64,000 nucleotides of DNA. Origin: an uncultured Gemmatimonadales bacterium (GTDB taxonomy: Bacteria; Gemmatimonadota; Gemmatimonadetes; Longimicrobiales; RSA9). The first letter of the stretch is position 1. The number at the start of each line of letters is the position of its first letter. A program made the position numbers and the translations under genes. The notes below the pieces were generated by a model. It saw only the letters and a list, made by a program, of their open reading frames with translations, did no database searches and was not told where the DNA came from. Below, piece after piece: positions 1 through 10,709 of the stretch. The stretch lies in NCBI GenBank assembly GCA_963708135.1, contig OY970192.1, positions 3,328,001-3,392,000 of the forward strand, given 5' to 3'.

Positions 1-1502
1 GGCTGGTGATAGCGGTGCGCCGTGTAGTCCTCGTCCTGCTGCTTCCCCCACCCGGCGGGGCGGCCCACGAAGTCGGTGCCCGCGCCGATCGAGACGCTCG
101 GCACACCGACCTTCGCGCAGGAGAAGTGGTCGGAGCGGTAGAAGTGCCCCTGCTCGGGGTGCTCGTCGGGCGAAATGCGCATCCCCGCGGCGGCCAGCTG
201 CTTGGCGAGCGTCGCCCCGAGCGAGCTCCTGTCCGCGCCCAGCACGGAGAGGTCATTCACGCGGCCGAGCAGGTTGCCGCCATCGATGTTCACGTCGGCC
301 ACGAGCCCCGCCACGCCGAAGGGCGAGTGCCGCGCGAGGTACTCGGAGCCCAGCAGCCCCGACTCCTCCGCCGCAACGAACGCGAACAAGAGCGAGCGAC
401 GCGGCGCCGGAGACGTCGCCGCCGCGCGCGCCATGGCCAGCAGGTCCGCGACGCCCGAGGCGTTGTCCAGCGCGCCGTTGTAGATCGAGTCGCCGTCCAC
501 GGCGGGGCCGATCCCGAGGTGGTCCCAGTGCGCGCTGAGCACGACGCCCTCGTCGCGCACGCGCCTGTCGCTGCCGCGGACGATGCCGAGCACGTTGCGC
601 GACTTCATGTGCGCCACGTCGCTCTCGAGGCTCAGCTCCATCGCGATCCCCGTGTCCACGGGCCGGAAGCCGCGCGTGCCGGCCTCGGAGCGCAACCGTG
701 CCAGGTCGAGCCCCGCCTGCGCCAGCAGCGCCGTGGCCGCGCTGTCCGTGATCCAGCCGCGCACCCCCAGCGGCGGCGGCAGTGCTGGATCGCGCGGCAG
801 CATCCGCTGCGGCGTGGACCACGAGCCGACCACCGTGTGCCACGGGTAGCCGGCCCGTTCCGTGGTGTGGACGATCAGCATCCCGGCCGCGCCCTGGCGC
901 TCGGCCTCCTCGAACTTGTAGGTCCAGCGCCCGTAGTACGTCATTGCCCGCCCGCCGAAGAGGTCCGGCTCCGCCGCCGTGGCGGGCGGATCGTTGACCA
1001 GCACCAGCAGCACCTTGCCGGCGAGGTCGGCGCCCTTGAAGTCGTCCCAGCGGTACTCCGGCGCCCGGATCCCGTAGCCGACGAACACCAGCTCGCCCTT
1101 CGCCACGCCGCGCGGCGCCGCGGAGCCGGCCCACACGACCACGTCCTCGGGATCGCGCAGCGTGGCCGTCGCCTTGCCCGAGGCCGCGACCCGGATGCTC
1201 GCCGGCCGCTCCGTCACCACGTCGATCGGCACGTCCTGGAAGTAGCCGCCGTTCTCCCCCGCCGGCCTCACTCCGCAGGCCATGAGCTGGCTCGCGATGT
1301 ACTCGGAGGCGAGGCGGCCGCCGCGCGTGGCGGGCGCGCGGCCCTCCAGCAGGTCGGAGGAGAGGAAGCGCAGGTGGGCATCGATCTCGCGCGCCGAGAT
1401 CGGCGCGGCCGGCGCGGCCGCGGGCGCGCGCTGCGCCGCGAGCGGAGGCGCGGCAGCGGCGAGAGCGGCGGCGGCCAGCATGGCGGAGATGCGTCGTCGC
1501 AT
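1..1502 (-). CDS. M28 family metallopeptidase with PA domain (3' end runs off the window)
   Basis: ATG at 1502 after AAAGGA; signal peptide, then HLRFLSSDLLEGR, FVGYGI, YYGRWTYKFEEA, SAHWDHLG, GALDNASG, AEESGLLGS. Not in the ORF track because the stop lies outside the window. Confidence 0.9.
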   Translation of the reverse strand, partial: MRRRISAMLAAAALAAAAPPLAAQRAPAAAPAAPISAREIDAHLRFLSSDLLEGRAPATRGGRLASEYIASQLMACGVRPAGENGGYFQDVPIDVVTERPASIRVAASGKATATLRDPEDVVVWAGSAAPRGVAKGELVFVGYGIRAPEYRWDDFKGADLAGKVLLVLVNDPPATAAEPDLFGGRAMTYYGRWTYKFEEAERQGAAGMLIVHTTERAGYPWHTVVGSWSTPQRMLPRDPALPPPLGVRGWITDSAATALLAQAGLDLARLRSEAGTRGFRPVDTGIAMELSLESDVAHMKSRNVLGIVRGSDRRVRDEGVVLSAHWDHLGIGPAVDGDSIYNGALDNASGVADLLAMARAAATSPAPRRSLLFAFVAAEESGLLGSEYLARHSPFGVAGLVADVNIDGGNLLGRVNDLSVLGADRSSLGATLAKQLAAAGMRISPDEHPEQGHFYRSDHFSCAKVGVPSVSIGAGTDFVGRPAGWGKQQDEDYTAHRYHQ

Positions 1503-1575
1503 GCGGTCATCCTTTGTGTGGGGCGTCCGGCGGATGTTTACCTCGCCCGGCGCCCCGGCGCAAGCAGGCGCCGCC

Positions 1576-1953
1576 TCAGCTGCCGACCGTGACGAGGTTC
1601 GCCTGCATGTCCCACGTCGCGACCTCGCCCTCCCCGAGCGTGAACGGGTTCGAGTCGATGTCCGTGCCCGCGGTGGTCCGCGCCACCAGCCGATAGCGGC
1701 CGGTCGCGAGCGCGGGGTCGAAGGAGAAGCGCGCGGTCCCCGACGGCCCCACGCTGCCGAGCAGCGTGCCGACGCCGTTCTCCGGCACCACGCGCACGCT
1801 CACGGAGGTCGGCGGCGTCAGGTTGTTCCGCACGTCGACGGTCACGCTGCCCGCCGACGCGGCCCCGGCGCCGCCCCGGGCTGAGGCGCACGCGCCTGCC
1901 GCCAGGGTGAGCAGCAACCCGGCCGCCGCGCGCAGCAGTCGTCCCGATCTCAC
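1576..1953 (-). CDS. Small lipoprotein (Ig-like beta fold likely)
   Basis: GTG at 1953 after GGGAG; hydrophobic leader ending in lipobox-like AGAC; beta-rich mature part. Confidence 0.7.
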   Translation of the reverse strand: MRSGRLLRAAAGLLLTLAAGACASARGGAGAASAGSVTVDVRNNLTPPTSVSVRVVPENGVGTLLGSVGPSGTARFSFDPALATGRYRLVARTTAGTDIDSNPFTLGEGEVATWDMQANLVTVGS

Positions 1954-2231
1954 GATGTCTCCCTTCCCTGAACGATCCGACCGCGCCGGCGCCTGCCCGC
2001 GGCAGCCCGCGGTCGGCCTCGCGCCCCCACCGGCCATGGCGCACCATGCGTGCCGCGACCCCGGGCCGCAGCGCTGCGCCACCGGCCCGGCCGCATGGAC
2101 CTTTTCCGAAGCGCGGGAATGACATAGCTTGTTCGATGGTGGCCGGCCGCCGCGCCGTGCGAGGAAGCCGGCGGCCGCCCCGAATCCACGGCCGCCGACC
2201 CGCGATCCCCCAGGTGGCCCACTCAACGTAG

Positions 2232-3380
2232 GTGAGTGCCATGTCCGCTGATGGATCCCTGCGCGGCCGCGCCTTGCGTGGCTCGTCGGCGCTCGCGCTC
2301 GTGTATGCGCTCGCCACGGGCGCGTGCGCGGCCGGGAACGGCCCCGTCGTCTTCGGCGTCGCCGGCCCCTTCCAGACCGATTACGGCGCCTCGATGAAGC
2401 AGGGCGCGGAGCTGGCCGCCAACGAGCTGAACGCCGCCGGCGGGATCGGCGGCCGGCAGCTCGAGCTGCGCGAGAAGGACGACCAGGCCAACCCCGAGCA
2501 GGCCATCCAGGTCGCGTCCGACTTCCTGGCCGACCCGCAGGTCGTGGCCGTGGTCGGCCACGTGAACTCGAGCACCACGACGGCCGCCGGCGCCGTGTAC
2601 GCCGGCGGGCTGCCGGCCGTGGCCACGAGCGCGACCAGCCCGGTGATCTCCACGCTCGGGCCCTGGATCTTCCGCGTCGCCTCGAGCGACTCCTCCAACG
2701 CCGTGGCGCTCGCCGCCTACGCCACCCGCGTCAGCGGCGGCCGCACCGCCGTGCTCTACGAGAACGACGACTACGGCCGCGGCCTGGCCGGCGCCTTCGC
2801 GGCGGCGTTCCGCGCCCACGGCGGCGCGGTGCTCGAGCTCGATCCCTACCTCGAGACCACCGAGGACCTGACGCCGTACCTCGAGCGGCTGCACCGCGAG
2901 GGCCTGCCGCTCGTCTTCATCGCCGGCCTCCAGGACGGCGCCGCGCGCATCATCGAGCAGGCGCGCAAGGTGGGGCTCGAGGCGCGCTTCATCGGGGGCG
3001 ACGGCCTCGAGGGCCTCAAGACCATGGGCTCCGCGTTCGACGGCACCATGGTCGGGCTGCTCTATCATCCACAGGAATCCACCGAGGCGACGAAGTTCGC
3101 CGCCGCCTTCCAGGCGGCCTACGGCCGGCCTCCGGATTCCTTCGCGGCGCTCGGCTACGATGCGGTCCGCCTGCTCGCGCGCGCCGCCGCGGCCGCGGGG
3201 CCCGACCGCAAGGCGATCCGTGACTACCTGGCCGCCGTCGGCCGGCCCGGCGGCTCGCCGCCATACCTCGGCGCGGCCGGTGTCATCCGCTTCGACCAGA
3301 ACGGCGACCCGCAGGGGAAGCAGTTCGCGATCGGCGTGATCCGGGGCGGTGCCATGCAGCTCGCGGAGGGGGCACAATGA
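2232..3380 (+). CDS. LivJ/LivK-like periplasmic substrate-binding lipoprotein
   Basis: [49 protein letters not shown] motifs; the start may be the ATG at 2241. Confidence 0.9.
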   Translation: MSAMSADGSLRGRALRGSSALALVYALATGACAAGNGPVVFGVAGPFQTDYGASMKQGAELAANELNAAGGIGGRQLELREKDDQANPEQAIQVASDFLADPQVVAVVGHVNSSTTTAAGAVYAGGLPAVATSATSPVISTLGPWIFRVASSDSSNAVALAAYATRVSGGRTAVLYENDDYGRGLAGAFAAAFRAHGGAVLELDPYLETTEDLTPYLERLHREGLPLVFIAGLQDGAARIIEQARKVGLEARFIGGDGLEGLKTMGSAFDGTMVGLLYHPQESTEATKFAAAFQAAYGRPPDSFAALGYDAVRLLARAAAAAGPDRKAIRDYLAAVGRPGGSPPYLGAAGVIRFDQNGDPQGKQFAIGVIRGGAMQLAEGAQ

Positions 3381-5101
3381 GCGCGCCCGAGCGAAGCAGG
3401 CGGATGCCGTTGTTCCTGGCAACGATCAAGGGCCGGTTGATCGCCGGCGCGGGCCTGCTCCTCGGCCTCCTCGCCACCGCGACGCTGATCGGGTACGTGA
3501 CGGTCGGGCAGCTCGTGCGCGAGCTGGACGCGAGCCTCGCGAGCCTCCAGCAGAGCAGCAGCATCGGCAGCGAGTTCGAGGCGCTGATCCTCGACCAGAT
3601 CGACGCCGCCGAGGGCTACCTCACGCGCCAGGACAGCGTGGCCGAGCGTGGCTTCAGCTCCTCCGGCCTGCGCGCCCAGGACATGCGCCGCCGCTACAAG
3701 GCCCTGCCCGGGCTCACCCCCAGCGAGCTGGCGCAGATCGAGTCCGTCGAGGACCTGCACTCGAAGATGGAGGTCGACTACGCGCTCGCCATGGCGCAGC
3801 TCGACAACGGCCACAGGGGCGCGGCCAACGCCATGGCCGTGACCGCCCGCGAGGAGGCCCAGCACGTCCGCCACGCCATTCTCGGCATCACACGCGGCCA
3901 GTCCGTCAAGGTTGCCACCGCCGCCGGGGCCCTGACCACCCGCGCCCACCACCGGCAGGCCGTGCTCGTCGGCATGCTGCTCGTGGCGCTGCTCACCGCC
4001 GCGCTCGTCATGTGGCTCACCATCCGCGGCATCGACGCCCCCCTCGCCGTCCTGCTGGACGGCGCCACCCGGCTCGGCCGCGGCGACCTGCGCATGCGCA
4101 TCGAGGGCCCCATGCCCGCCGAGCTCGGCTCCCTCGCCCACGCCTTCAACCTCACCGCCGAGCAGCTCCGCACCATTGTCAGCGAGACGATCGGCACCGC
4201 CGACCACATCGCCCGCTCCGCCTCCGACGTCTCCAGCATCAGTGAGCAGGTCTCCGCCTCCAGCCAGGAGGTCGCCGCCGCCATGCTCGAGATCACCCAC
4301 GGCGCCGAGGTGCAGTCGCAGGAGCTGCGCAGCACCCGCGAGGCCCTCGAGCAGATGACCATCGGCGCGGGCGAGATCGATCGCGCCGCCGGCAGCGTCG
4401 AGGCGCTCGGGGTCGAGATCCACGCCGTCGCCTCGCGCAGCCGTGAGCGCGTCTCCTCCGCCCTCGGCCTGCTCCTCGACCTGCGCCAGGTCGTCGAGAG
4501 CTCCGCCGGCGAGGTCGGCGAGCTGGAGCGCGCATCGGGACAGATCGACGAGTTCGTCGAGACCATCTCCGCCATCGCCGGCCAGACCAACCTGCTCGCC
4601 TTGAACGCCGCCATCGAGGCCGCCCGTGCCGGCGAGCACGGCCGCGGCTTCGCCGTCGTCGCCGCCGAGGTGCAGAAGCTCGCCGACGAGTCCGCCCGCG
4701 CCGCCCGCCAGGTCGCCCAGAACGTCCGCACCATCCGCTCCCGCATCGAGAGCGTCGTCGCCACCATGGGCCAGGGCACCCAGAAGGTGGCCGGCGTCGA
4801 GCAGGTCTCCCGCGACGCCGACACCGCCCTCGAGCAGATCATGACCGCCGTCGAGGGCGTGCGCGAGGCCGCCGCCCGCGTGGCCGCCGCCGCCGAGCGC
4901 AACCGGACCGGCATTGACGGCATCCAGACCGCCGTCGGCGCCGTGGCCGGCACCGCCGAGTCCCACGCCGCCAGCGCCGAGGAGGTCTCCGCCGCCGCCG
5001 AGGAGCAGTCCGCCTCCACCGAGGTGCTCTCCGCCGCCACGTCCCAGCTGCAGGCCGCCGCCGACCAGCTCAAGCAGCTCGTCGAGGGCTTCGAGACCTG
5101 A
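3377..5101 (+). CDS. Methyl-accepting chemotaxis protein
   Basis: Two TM helices, HAMP region, [33 protein letters not shown] hairpin; ATGA overlap with the upstream gene. Confidence 0.95.
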   Translation: MSAPERSRRMPLFLATIKGRLIAGAGLLLGLLATATLIGYVTVGQLVRELDASLASLQQSSSIGSEFEALILDQIDAAEGYLTRQDSVAERGFSSSGLRAQDMRRRYKALPGLTPSELAQIESVEDLHSKMEVDYALAMAQLDNGHRGAANAMAVTAREEAQHVRHAILGITRGQSVKVATAAGALTTRAHHRQAVLVGMLLVALLTAALVMWLTIRGIDAPLAVLLDGATRLGRGDLRMRIEGPMPAELGSLAHAFNLTAEQLRTIVSETIGTADHIARSASDVSSISEQVSASSQEVAAAMLEITHGAEVQSQELRSTREALEQMTIGAGEIDRAAGSVEALGVEIHAVASRSRERVSSALGLLLDLRQVVESSAGEVGELERASGQIDEFVETISAIAGQTNLLALNAAIEAARAGEHGRGFAVVAAEVQKLADESARAARQVAQNVRTIRSRIESVVATMGQGTQKVAGVEQVSRDADTALEQIMTAVEGVREAAARVAAAAERNRTGIDGIQTAVGAVAGTAESHAASAEEVSAAAEEQSASTEVLSAATSQLQAAADQLKQLVEGFET

Positions 5102-5184
5102 CAACTGCGACTGCGGGTAGCAAGGCACTCAGCCGCTCCAGGGCGGAACGCCTCGTGAGTCCCTCCTTCGCGATGGTGGGCGGC

Positions 5185-5363
5185 CGCGGTGAACTCCCCA
5201 CGCGCACCCCGGCGCGAAGACGGTTGGGGAGTTGACCGCGCTATTCGTTGTCAACTCCCCAGGCGCCGCAGGTCCATGGGAACGATTGGGGACTTTGCCG
5301 CGCTATTCGTTGTCAACTCCCCAACCGTCGATTCCACCACCAATGCGTGGGGACTTTCCTGCC
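5185..5363 (+). repeat. 179-bp triple-palindrome dispersed element, family A, copy 1
   Basis: GTGAACTCCCCA-N24-TGGGGAGTTGAC CGCGCTATTCGTT GTCAACTCCCCA-N25-TGGGGACTTTGC CGCGCTATTCGTT GTCAACTCCCCA-N24-TGGGGACTTTCCTGCC; colinear with 15633-15811 (-) and 51297-51475 (+). Confidence 0.92.
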
Positions 5364-5542
5364 TCACGGGCCCGATGCGTCGGCGCGCACGGCGGACCCC
5401 CCATGCTGGCGGGGATTTTCCTGCCCGCGCGGGCCCGATGCGCCGGCGCGCACCCCGCAAGTCCGCTCCGGCGTGGAAGTTGCTCCGCGATCCGTGCCCG
5501 GGGAGCGTGCGCTCCCCGAAAGGGACGCACACGGGAGGGACG

Positions 5543-6310
5543 ATGAGGCTACGGTACCGCAGCGCCGTCACGGCGCTTTTCGTTTTTCTGCCCGCGCTGG
5601 CCGGGAGCGCGGTCGCGCAGGGGCGCGGCCACAGGTTCGAGGAGTCGGAGCGCCCGGCGCCGCTGCGCCGGGTGTCGGTCGGCGTCATGGGGGGGATGTT
5701 CACCTTCGGCCGCTTCCTCGAGCAGCACGTCACCGGCGGGGACCGCGAGCTCAAGGCCGGCGCGTCGCCCGGATTCGCCGGCAGCCTCGACCTGAACGTG
5801 GGCAAGCAGACCGCGGTGCGCGCGTCGTTCCTCTATGCGCCCGCGACGCTCGAGTTCCGCGATGACACCGGCACCGGCTCGACGCGGCTCGACCGGAACA
5901 ACCTGGCCGATCTGCACGCGGCGGTGGTGAGCGGGGACGTGCTGCAGTTCGTGGTGGACCAGCGGCGCCCGATCGCGCCCTACGCGGTGGCCGGCTTCGC
6001 CGCCGGGTTCTGGTCGCTCAACAACGCCGCGGACGAGATCGCCGGCGGGGCGTCCGGCAGCCGCGAGACGCGCTTCGGCTCCGTCGTCGGTGTGGGGGTC
6101 CAGCTCCGGGCCACCCCCGGCCTCGCCCTCCGCCTGGAGGCGACGTCGGACCGGCTGGGCAACCCCTTCGACGGCAACGACTCCTTCCGCGTCACGTCCG
6201 GCGATACCTTCGACGAGCCGTCCAAGAGCGACGTCAACCGCATCTCGCTCGCGCTCGTCTTCTCGCCCGCGCTGCACCACGGCCGGAGCCGCGCCCGCCG
6301 GCCCTACTAG
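5543..6310 (+). CDS. Outer-membrane beta-barrel protein
   Basis: ATG at 5543 after GGGAGG; signal peptide ending AVAQ; alternating beta-strand pattern (PYAVAGFAAG, GVGVQL). Confidence 0.7.
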   Translation: MRLRYRSAVTALFVFLPALAGSAVAQGRGHRFEESERPAPLRRVSVGVMGGMFTFGRFLEQHVTGGDRELKAGASPGFAGSLDLNVGKQTAVRASFLYAPATLEFRDDTGTGSTRLDRNNLADLHAAVVSGDVLQFVVDQRRPIAPYAVAGFAAGFWSLNNAADEIAGGASGSRETRFGSVVGVGVQLRATPGLALRLEATSDRLGNPFDGNDSFRVTSGDTFDEPSKSDVNRISLALVFSPALHHGRSRARRPY

Positions 6311-6484
6311 CGGACCGCGTCCCTGGTGCGGTGAGCACCGGCGAATGCCATCGCTACTTCGGAGACGGTCGGCTGGCGTCGTGACACCGAAGCGCCGTTC
6401 CCACGGCGCGTCCGGATGACGAGGCTGGCGGCGCGAGGAAGCGGCCCGGCGCCCCGCAGGGCGCCGCGCGGTCGCCGCGTCGCC

Positions 6485-6691
6485 TCAGCGCAGCGCTATG
6501 CTGCCGTCGACGCGGATCTCCGGCGCGAGCCCGTCGAGCTCCAGCCGCGCGTGCACGCCCAGCGTCTCTCCGCCCTCGAGCGTGCCGGCCTCCAGCGCCT
6601 CGCGGACCGCCCGCTCGATCTCGCGCTGCGCCGTGATGCCGAACTTCTTCAGAAAGCGCCGCAGCTCCAGGTTGAAGACTTCCTCGTCCAT
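6485..6691 (-). CDS. Small conserved protein (DUF6494-like)
   Basis: MDEEVFNLELRRFLKKFGITAQREIERAV; GGGAGG RBS before the ATG at 6691. Confidence 0.75.
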   Translation of the reverse strand: MDEEVFNLELRRFLKKFGITAQREIERAVREALEAGTLEGGETLGVHARLELDGLAPEIRVDGSIALR

Positions 6692-6706
6692 GGGGACCTC
6701 CCTTTT

Positions 6707-6901
6707 CGGGGCTCGAGGCCGGGGCTCGAGGCCGGGGCTCGGGGGCCAGGGCGCGGGGCTCGGGGCTCGGGGCTCGGCCGGCCCGGAGCGGCCGGCGGCA
6801 CGCGCGTCCGCCATGGAGCGCATGCGCCTGGCGCCGACCCGCCTCCGTGGTTCCGAGCTCCGAGCCACGCAGCCCGCACCCCGAGCCCCGCATCCCGAGC
6901 C
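6707..6901. repeat. Inverted pair of degenerate heptamer tracts (GGGGCTC)n ... (CCCGAGC)n
   Basis: GGGGCTC runs at ~6707-6776 and complementary CCGAGCC-type units at ~6860-6901. Confidence 0.6.
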
Positions 6902-6902
6902 G

Positions 6903-8549
6903 CTATCTCGTCCCTGTCTCCGCCGCGACCGGCAGTCCGTATGCCGCCACGGCGATCTCGCCCAGCGTCTGGCCGGCCATCTTCGTGATCGCGTCCAGCG
7001 CGTCCAGCGTGACCGGCATCCGGTTCAGGTAGAACGCGAAGGCCAGGTGGCGGCCGTTCGCCGTGGTCATGTAGCCCGCAAGCCCCTTGGCCGTCAACAT
7101 CGGCCGCTTGTTCAGCTTGTCCCAGGCGCTGAACGTGCCCGTCTTGGCGTGCACCTGCCCGACCGCGCTCGACTCCGTCTGGATGTTCCACAGCGTGCCG
7201 TCCCGCCCGAGCACCGGCAGCGCCGCGTGGAACGCGGGGAAGAGGTCCGGCTGCTTCGCCATGTAGGCCAGGTAGTGCACCATGAAGTCCGGTGCGAAGA
7301 ACGCCGACTGCGCGCCGCCCGCGCCGTCGCCCTGCGAGGCGCCCGTCAGGTCGAGCCCGGCGCTCGTCAGGAACTCCCGCTCCACGTCGAAGCCCGCCTG
7401 CTCCGCATCCTTGTGCTCCCCCTTCACCACCGCGCCCAGGATGTAGGGCATCGTGCTCGCGTGCAGGTTCTGGCTCACCTTGAGCGTGACCTTCACCTCC
7501 TCCGACAGCGGCGGCGAGACGTGCTCCGCGACGACGTTCCCCGCCGTGTACGAGCGCGACAGCGCCGCCGCGTCCACCGGCGCCGAAGCCACCCGCGGCG
7601 CCGCCTCGATACCCGCATCCCGCAGCGCCTCCGCGAACGTGACCTCCGCGTAGCGGCTCGGCTGCGGCACGGCGTAGCTGAACAGCCACGCGTGCTCCCC
7701 CGCCGGGAAGTGCCCCGTCACCGTCACCACCCGGCTGCCGTCCGGCTGCACCTCATCCTTCGACCACCGGATCTCGGGCCGCGTGCCCGCCGCCGCCGTC
7801 GTCGCCTCGTTCACGAACCGCACGTACGCCGTCTTCGGCGACGCCGACAGCGTCACCGGAGCTCCCTCCGAGCCGCCCGGTCCGATCGTCACGTCCACCA
7901 GGTTGTCGTTCACCGCCACCGGCGAGATCACCACCCCGCTGCCCAGCTCCCGCGCCCCCTCGGGGAACAGGCTGACGTCCACCACCACGTGCCCCGCCAC
8001 CTTCCTGATCCCCGCCGACCGCAGCTGCCCCGCCAGCTCCCGCAGCACCGCGAGCGGATCGCCCGGCACCGCCTTCGTGTCCGGGCTGCCGTCGTACGCG
8101 TGGTCCTCGTTCTCGAACGCCAGCGTGCCGTCCGGCTGGATCCGGTTCGACAGGTCCGGGTCCCCGCTCGCCACCAGCACCACGTCCCCCTTCACCACCC
8201 CGCCCGATACCGGGCCCGTCCGGTACACCTTCGTGTGGAACCGGTAGTCCGGCCCCAGCACCTTCAGCGCCGTCCCCATCGTCAGCAGCTTCGTCGTCGA
8301 TGCGGGCGTCATGAGCATCGGCCCGTTCAACGAGAAAACCGCCCGCCCGGCGTCCAGGTCGTACAGCTCGACCCCGAACAGCGAGTGCACGAACTCCGGC
8401 CGCGACGTGATCTCCCGCAGCCTCGCCTCGAACGTGGACTGTGCCGCCGCACGCAGCGGCGCGAGCGTGCCCACGACGAGCAGCAGCGCGACGAACGTGT
8501 GGACGCGTGGCCGTCCGGCCGCAGTTGTGGCACGATGGCGCAGTGGCAT
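6903..8549 (-). CDS. dacB: D-alanyl-D-alanine carboxypeptidase/endopeptidase (peptidase S13, PBP4)
   Basis: PASTTK (SxxK), SQN (SxN), AKTGT (KTG), signal peptide; start is approximate. Confidence 0.92.
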   Translation of the reverse strand: MPLRHRATTAAGRPRVHTFVALLLVVGTLAPLRAAAQSTFEARLREITSRPEFVHSLFGVELYDLDAGRAVFSLNGPMLMTPASTTKLLTMGTALKVLGPDYRFHTKVYRTGPVSGGVVKGDVVLVASGDPDLSNRIQPDGTLAFENEDHAYDGSPDTKAVPGDPLAVLRELAGQLRSAGIRKVAGHVVVDVSLFPEGARELGSGVVISPVAVNDNLVDVTIGPGGSEGAPVTLSASPKTAYVRFVNEATTAAAGTRPEIRWSKDEVQPDGSRVVTVTGHFPAGEHAWLFSYAVPQPSRYAEVTFAEALRDAGIEAAPRVASAPVDAAALSRSYTAGNVVAEHVSPPLSEEVKVTLKVSQNLHASTMPYILGAVVKGEHKDAEQAGFDVEREFLTSAGLDLTGASQGDGAGGAQSAFFAPDFMVHYLAYMAKQPDLFPAFHAALPVLGRDGTLWNIQTESSAVGQVHAKTGTFSAWDKLNKRPMLTAKGLAGYMTTANGRHLAFAFYLNRMPVTLDALDAITKMAGQTLGEIAVAAYGLPVAAETGTR

Positions 8550-8724
8550 GGCGTCGACCCTCGGTGTACGTGTACGGGATTGTATACGACACAAGCTACC
8601 ACGCCGCAGTGCGCGCCGCGAGGGGATGGGCGCCGCACCCCGCGCCCGGTTGCCCGCACCCCTCGACCGGCCCTAAGATGAGCGCTGCCGGTCCCATCGC
8701 ATCACCCGGTGCCCCCCGGAGCCC

Positions 8725-9114
8725 ATGGGCAGGAAACTGAAGGTGTTGTACGACTGTGAGGCATGCACCGCCTACTGCTGCAGCTATCCCCGCATCATCG
8801 TCACGGAGTCCGACATCGCGCGGCTCGGCGAGCGGTTCGGCCTCTCGCCGGAGGAGGCGCGGCGCAAGTTGACGAAGGCCGGCTACGAGGACGGCGAGCG
8901 GGTGCTTCGCCACCGGCGGGACCGCATCTTCGGCAGCGCGTGCCAGTTCCTCGACCGCAAGACCCGCCGCTGCACCGTCTACGAGCACCGGCCCGAGGTG
9001 TGCCGGGACTTCCCGGGCCAGCGGCGCTGCGGCTACTACGATTTCCTGACGTTCGAGCGGCGGGTCCAGGAGGACCCTGACCTGGTCGTGCGGGCGAGCG
9101 TGGAGCTGAGCTGA
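8725..9114 (+). CDS. YkgJ-family cysteine-cluster (Zn/Fe-chelating) protein
   Basis: CEACTAYCC ... CQFLD ... CTVYEHRPEVCRDFP pattern. Confidence 0.88.
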   Translation: MGRKLKVLYDCEACTAYCCSYPRIIVTESDIARLGERFGLSPEEARRKLTKAGYEDGERVLRHRRDRIFGSACQFLDRKTRRCTVYEHRPEVCRDFPGQRRCGYYDFLTFERRVQEDPDLVVRASVELS

Positions 9115-9155
9115 GCGCGGCCGCTGCACGGAACCGACAGGTGAAGGAGGCACGG

Positions 9156-9551
9156 ATGAGCGAGAGCGGCGAGCGGGCCCCGGGCGTGGTGCGGCCGGCG
9201 GCCGGGGTGCCCGGCCAGCAGGTGGCGGCGGGGCGGGACACGCGCATGCAGGTGCTGGTCGGCCCGGGCGAGGGCGCGCCGAACTTCGTGCTGCGGCGAT
9301 TCACCATGGAGCCGGGTGGCGGGATCCCGCTCCACACGAACGAGGTGGAGCACGAGCAGTACGTGCTGCGCGGCCGGGCCCGGATCACCATCGGCGCCGC
9401 CACCCACGACGTCGGCCCGGACGACACCCTCTACATCCCGGCCGGCGCGCCGCACAGCTACGAGGTGGTCGAGGGCCCGTTCGAGTTCCTGTGCGTGGTG
9501 CCGAACGCGCCCGACCGGCTCACCATCGTCGAGGGCGAGGGCCGCCGCTGA
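9156..9551 (+). CDS. Cupin-domain protein
   Basis: AAGGAGG RBS; GGGIPLHTNEVEHEQYVLRG and YIPAGAPH cupin motifs. Confidence 0.9.
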   Translation: MSESGERAPGVVRPAAGVPGQQVAAGRDTRMQVLVGPGEGAPNFVLRRFTMEPGGGIPLHTNEVEHEQYVLRGRARITIGAATHDVGPDDTLYIPAGAPHSYEVVEGPFEFLCVVPNAPDRLTIVEGEGRR

Positions 9552-9794
9552 GGCGGCGCCGCGGCGTCCGGCCGGGTGGTCGTCGCGTTTGGGTCCGGGC
9601 GCCGGGAGGGCGGAGAGTGGGGGAGTGGGGGAGTGGGGGATGCGGCTGGCCTGGGCGCGTCCCTCCGGCTGCCAGGCGCGGCGCCGATCCCGGCGCGCGC
9701 CGCGTTCAGGCGGCCGCCGCCCGGGCAGAGCGGACCGCGCCGGACAAGGGGCATCGCGCGCGACAGGCGGGACGGGCGGAATCGCGCGCTGCAC

Positions 9795-9885
9795 CGGCGG
9801 AACGGCGCGGGACGGGCGGAACCGCGCGGGACAGGCGGAACCGCGCGGGACAGGCGGAACGGCGCGGGACGGGCGGAACGCGCGG
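9795..9885 (+). repeat. ~19-bp tandem repeat (CGCGGGACRGGCGGAACSG) between convergent genes
   Basis: About 4-5 units read directly; the region is bracketed by (GGGAGTGG)n at ~9612-9639 and (CCCACTCT)n at ~9961-9978. Confidence 0.75.
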
Positions 9886-10046
9886 ATGCCGCCTGAAGGT
9901 GCGTCCGCCCGGTCCCGCTCTGGCCCGGCGACGCTCGGCCGCCGCCATCGTCGCCCGGTCTCCCACTCTCCCACTCTGGCGCGGAGCACACCCGCGCCTC
10001 GCCCGAACCTTCCCGCCGTGAAAAATCCTGAGCGCCGCGCCCTGCG

Positions 10047-10709
10047 TCAGAACGTGAAGCGCAGTCCCGCCGTCAGCGCCACGTTGTTCAGGTCCTTCGT
10101 CTTGGCGTCCAGCACGCCGAACGGACCCAGGTCGTACGTGCCGAAGTCGGCCTTCGCGATGTAGTCCTTGGCCAACAGCCGGAGCGCGAGGCTCTGCGTG
10201 AGCGGCACGTCCACCCCCAGGCCTCCGCTGACCATGAAATCGGTCGTGCGCGCGTGCAGCCCGGACACCGCGATGTCGCGATGGATGGCCCCGCCGCCCA
10301 GCTGGACGAGGGGGATCAGCCGCTTCCCCTGCGCGGCCCAGGAATCGGCGCGCAGCTGGACGGCGGCCTCGTAGATATAGGCCTTGCTCTGCCCGACGCC
10401 GATGCCGCCGACGAGCGGGATCCCGGCCTCCAGGTTGCCGCCGGAGTAGGCGAACCCGCCCAGCAGCGACGCGCTCGGCGCCAGCGGCAGCCCGGCCTGC
10501 ACGCCGTAGACGCCCGTGCTCGCCGGCCCCACCTCCGCGCCGGAGTAGTGCGCGAACTTCTGCGTCAGCATGACGCCGGCGAACGGCGCCACCTCGAACG
10601 AGCCGCGGTTGACCGACACCGTGGAGCCCGCCCGCTGCGCGAGCAGCGGGAGCGGAGACAGGAGCGCGCCGGCGCACAGCCCGGCGGCGGCAAGATTGAA
10701 GACGCGCAT
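10047..10709 (-). CDS. Outer-membrane beta-barrel protein
   Basis: GAGG RBS, signal peptide, amphipathic strands, C-terminal LTAGLRFTF beta-signal. Confidence 0.8.
   Translation of the reverse strand: MRVFNLAAAGLCAGALLSPLPLLAQRAGSTVSVNRGSFEVAPFAGVMLTQKFAHYSGAEVGPASTGVYGVQAGLPLAPSASLLGGFAYSGGNLEAGIPLVGGIGVGQSKAYIYEAAVQLRADSWAAQGKRLIPLVQLGGGAIHRDIAVSGLHARTTDFMVSGGLGVDVPLTQSLALRLLAKDYIAKADFGTYDLGPFGVLDAKTKDLNNVALTAGLRFTF

Noticed and set aside
6..1592. Long + strand ORF here, and similar long antisense or alternate-frame ORFs (e.g. 12192-15314, 15220-18621, 59284-62550)
   Set aside because: They are shadows of motif-bearing genes in high-GC DNA with no recognisable protein signatures.
5185..5363. 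Family A element as a CRISPR mini-array (37-bp palindromic repeat, 24-25-bp spacers)
   Set aside because: Position-matched spacers are homologous across the three copies, so the block spreads as a unit rather than acquiring spacers.
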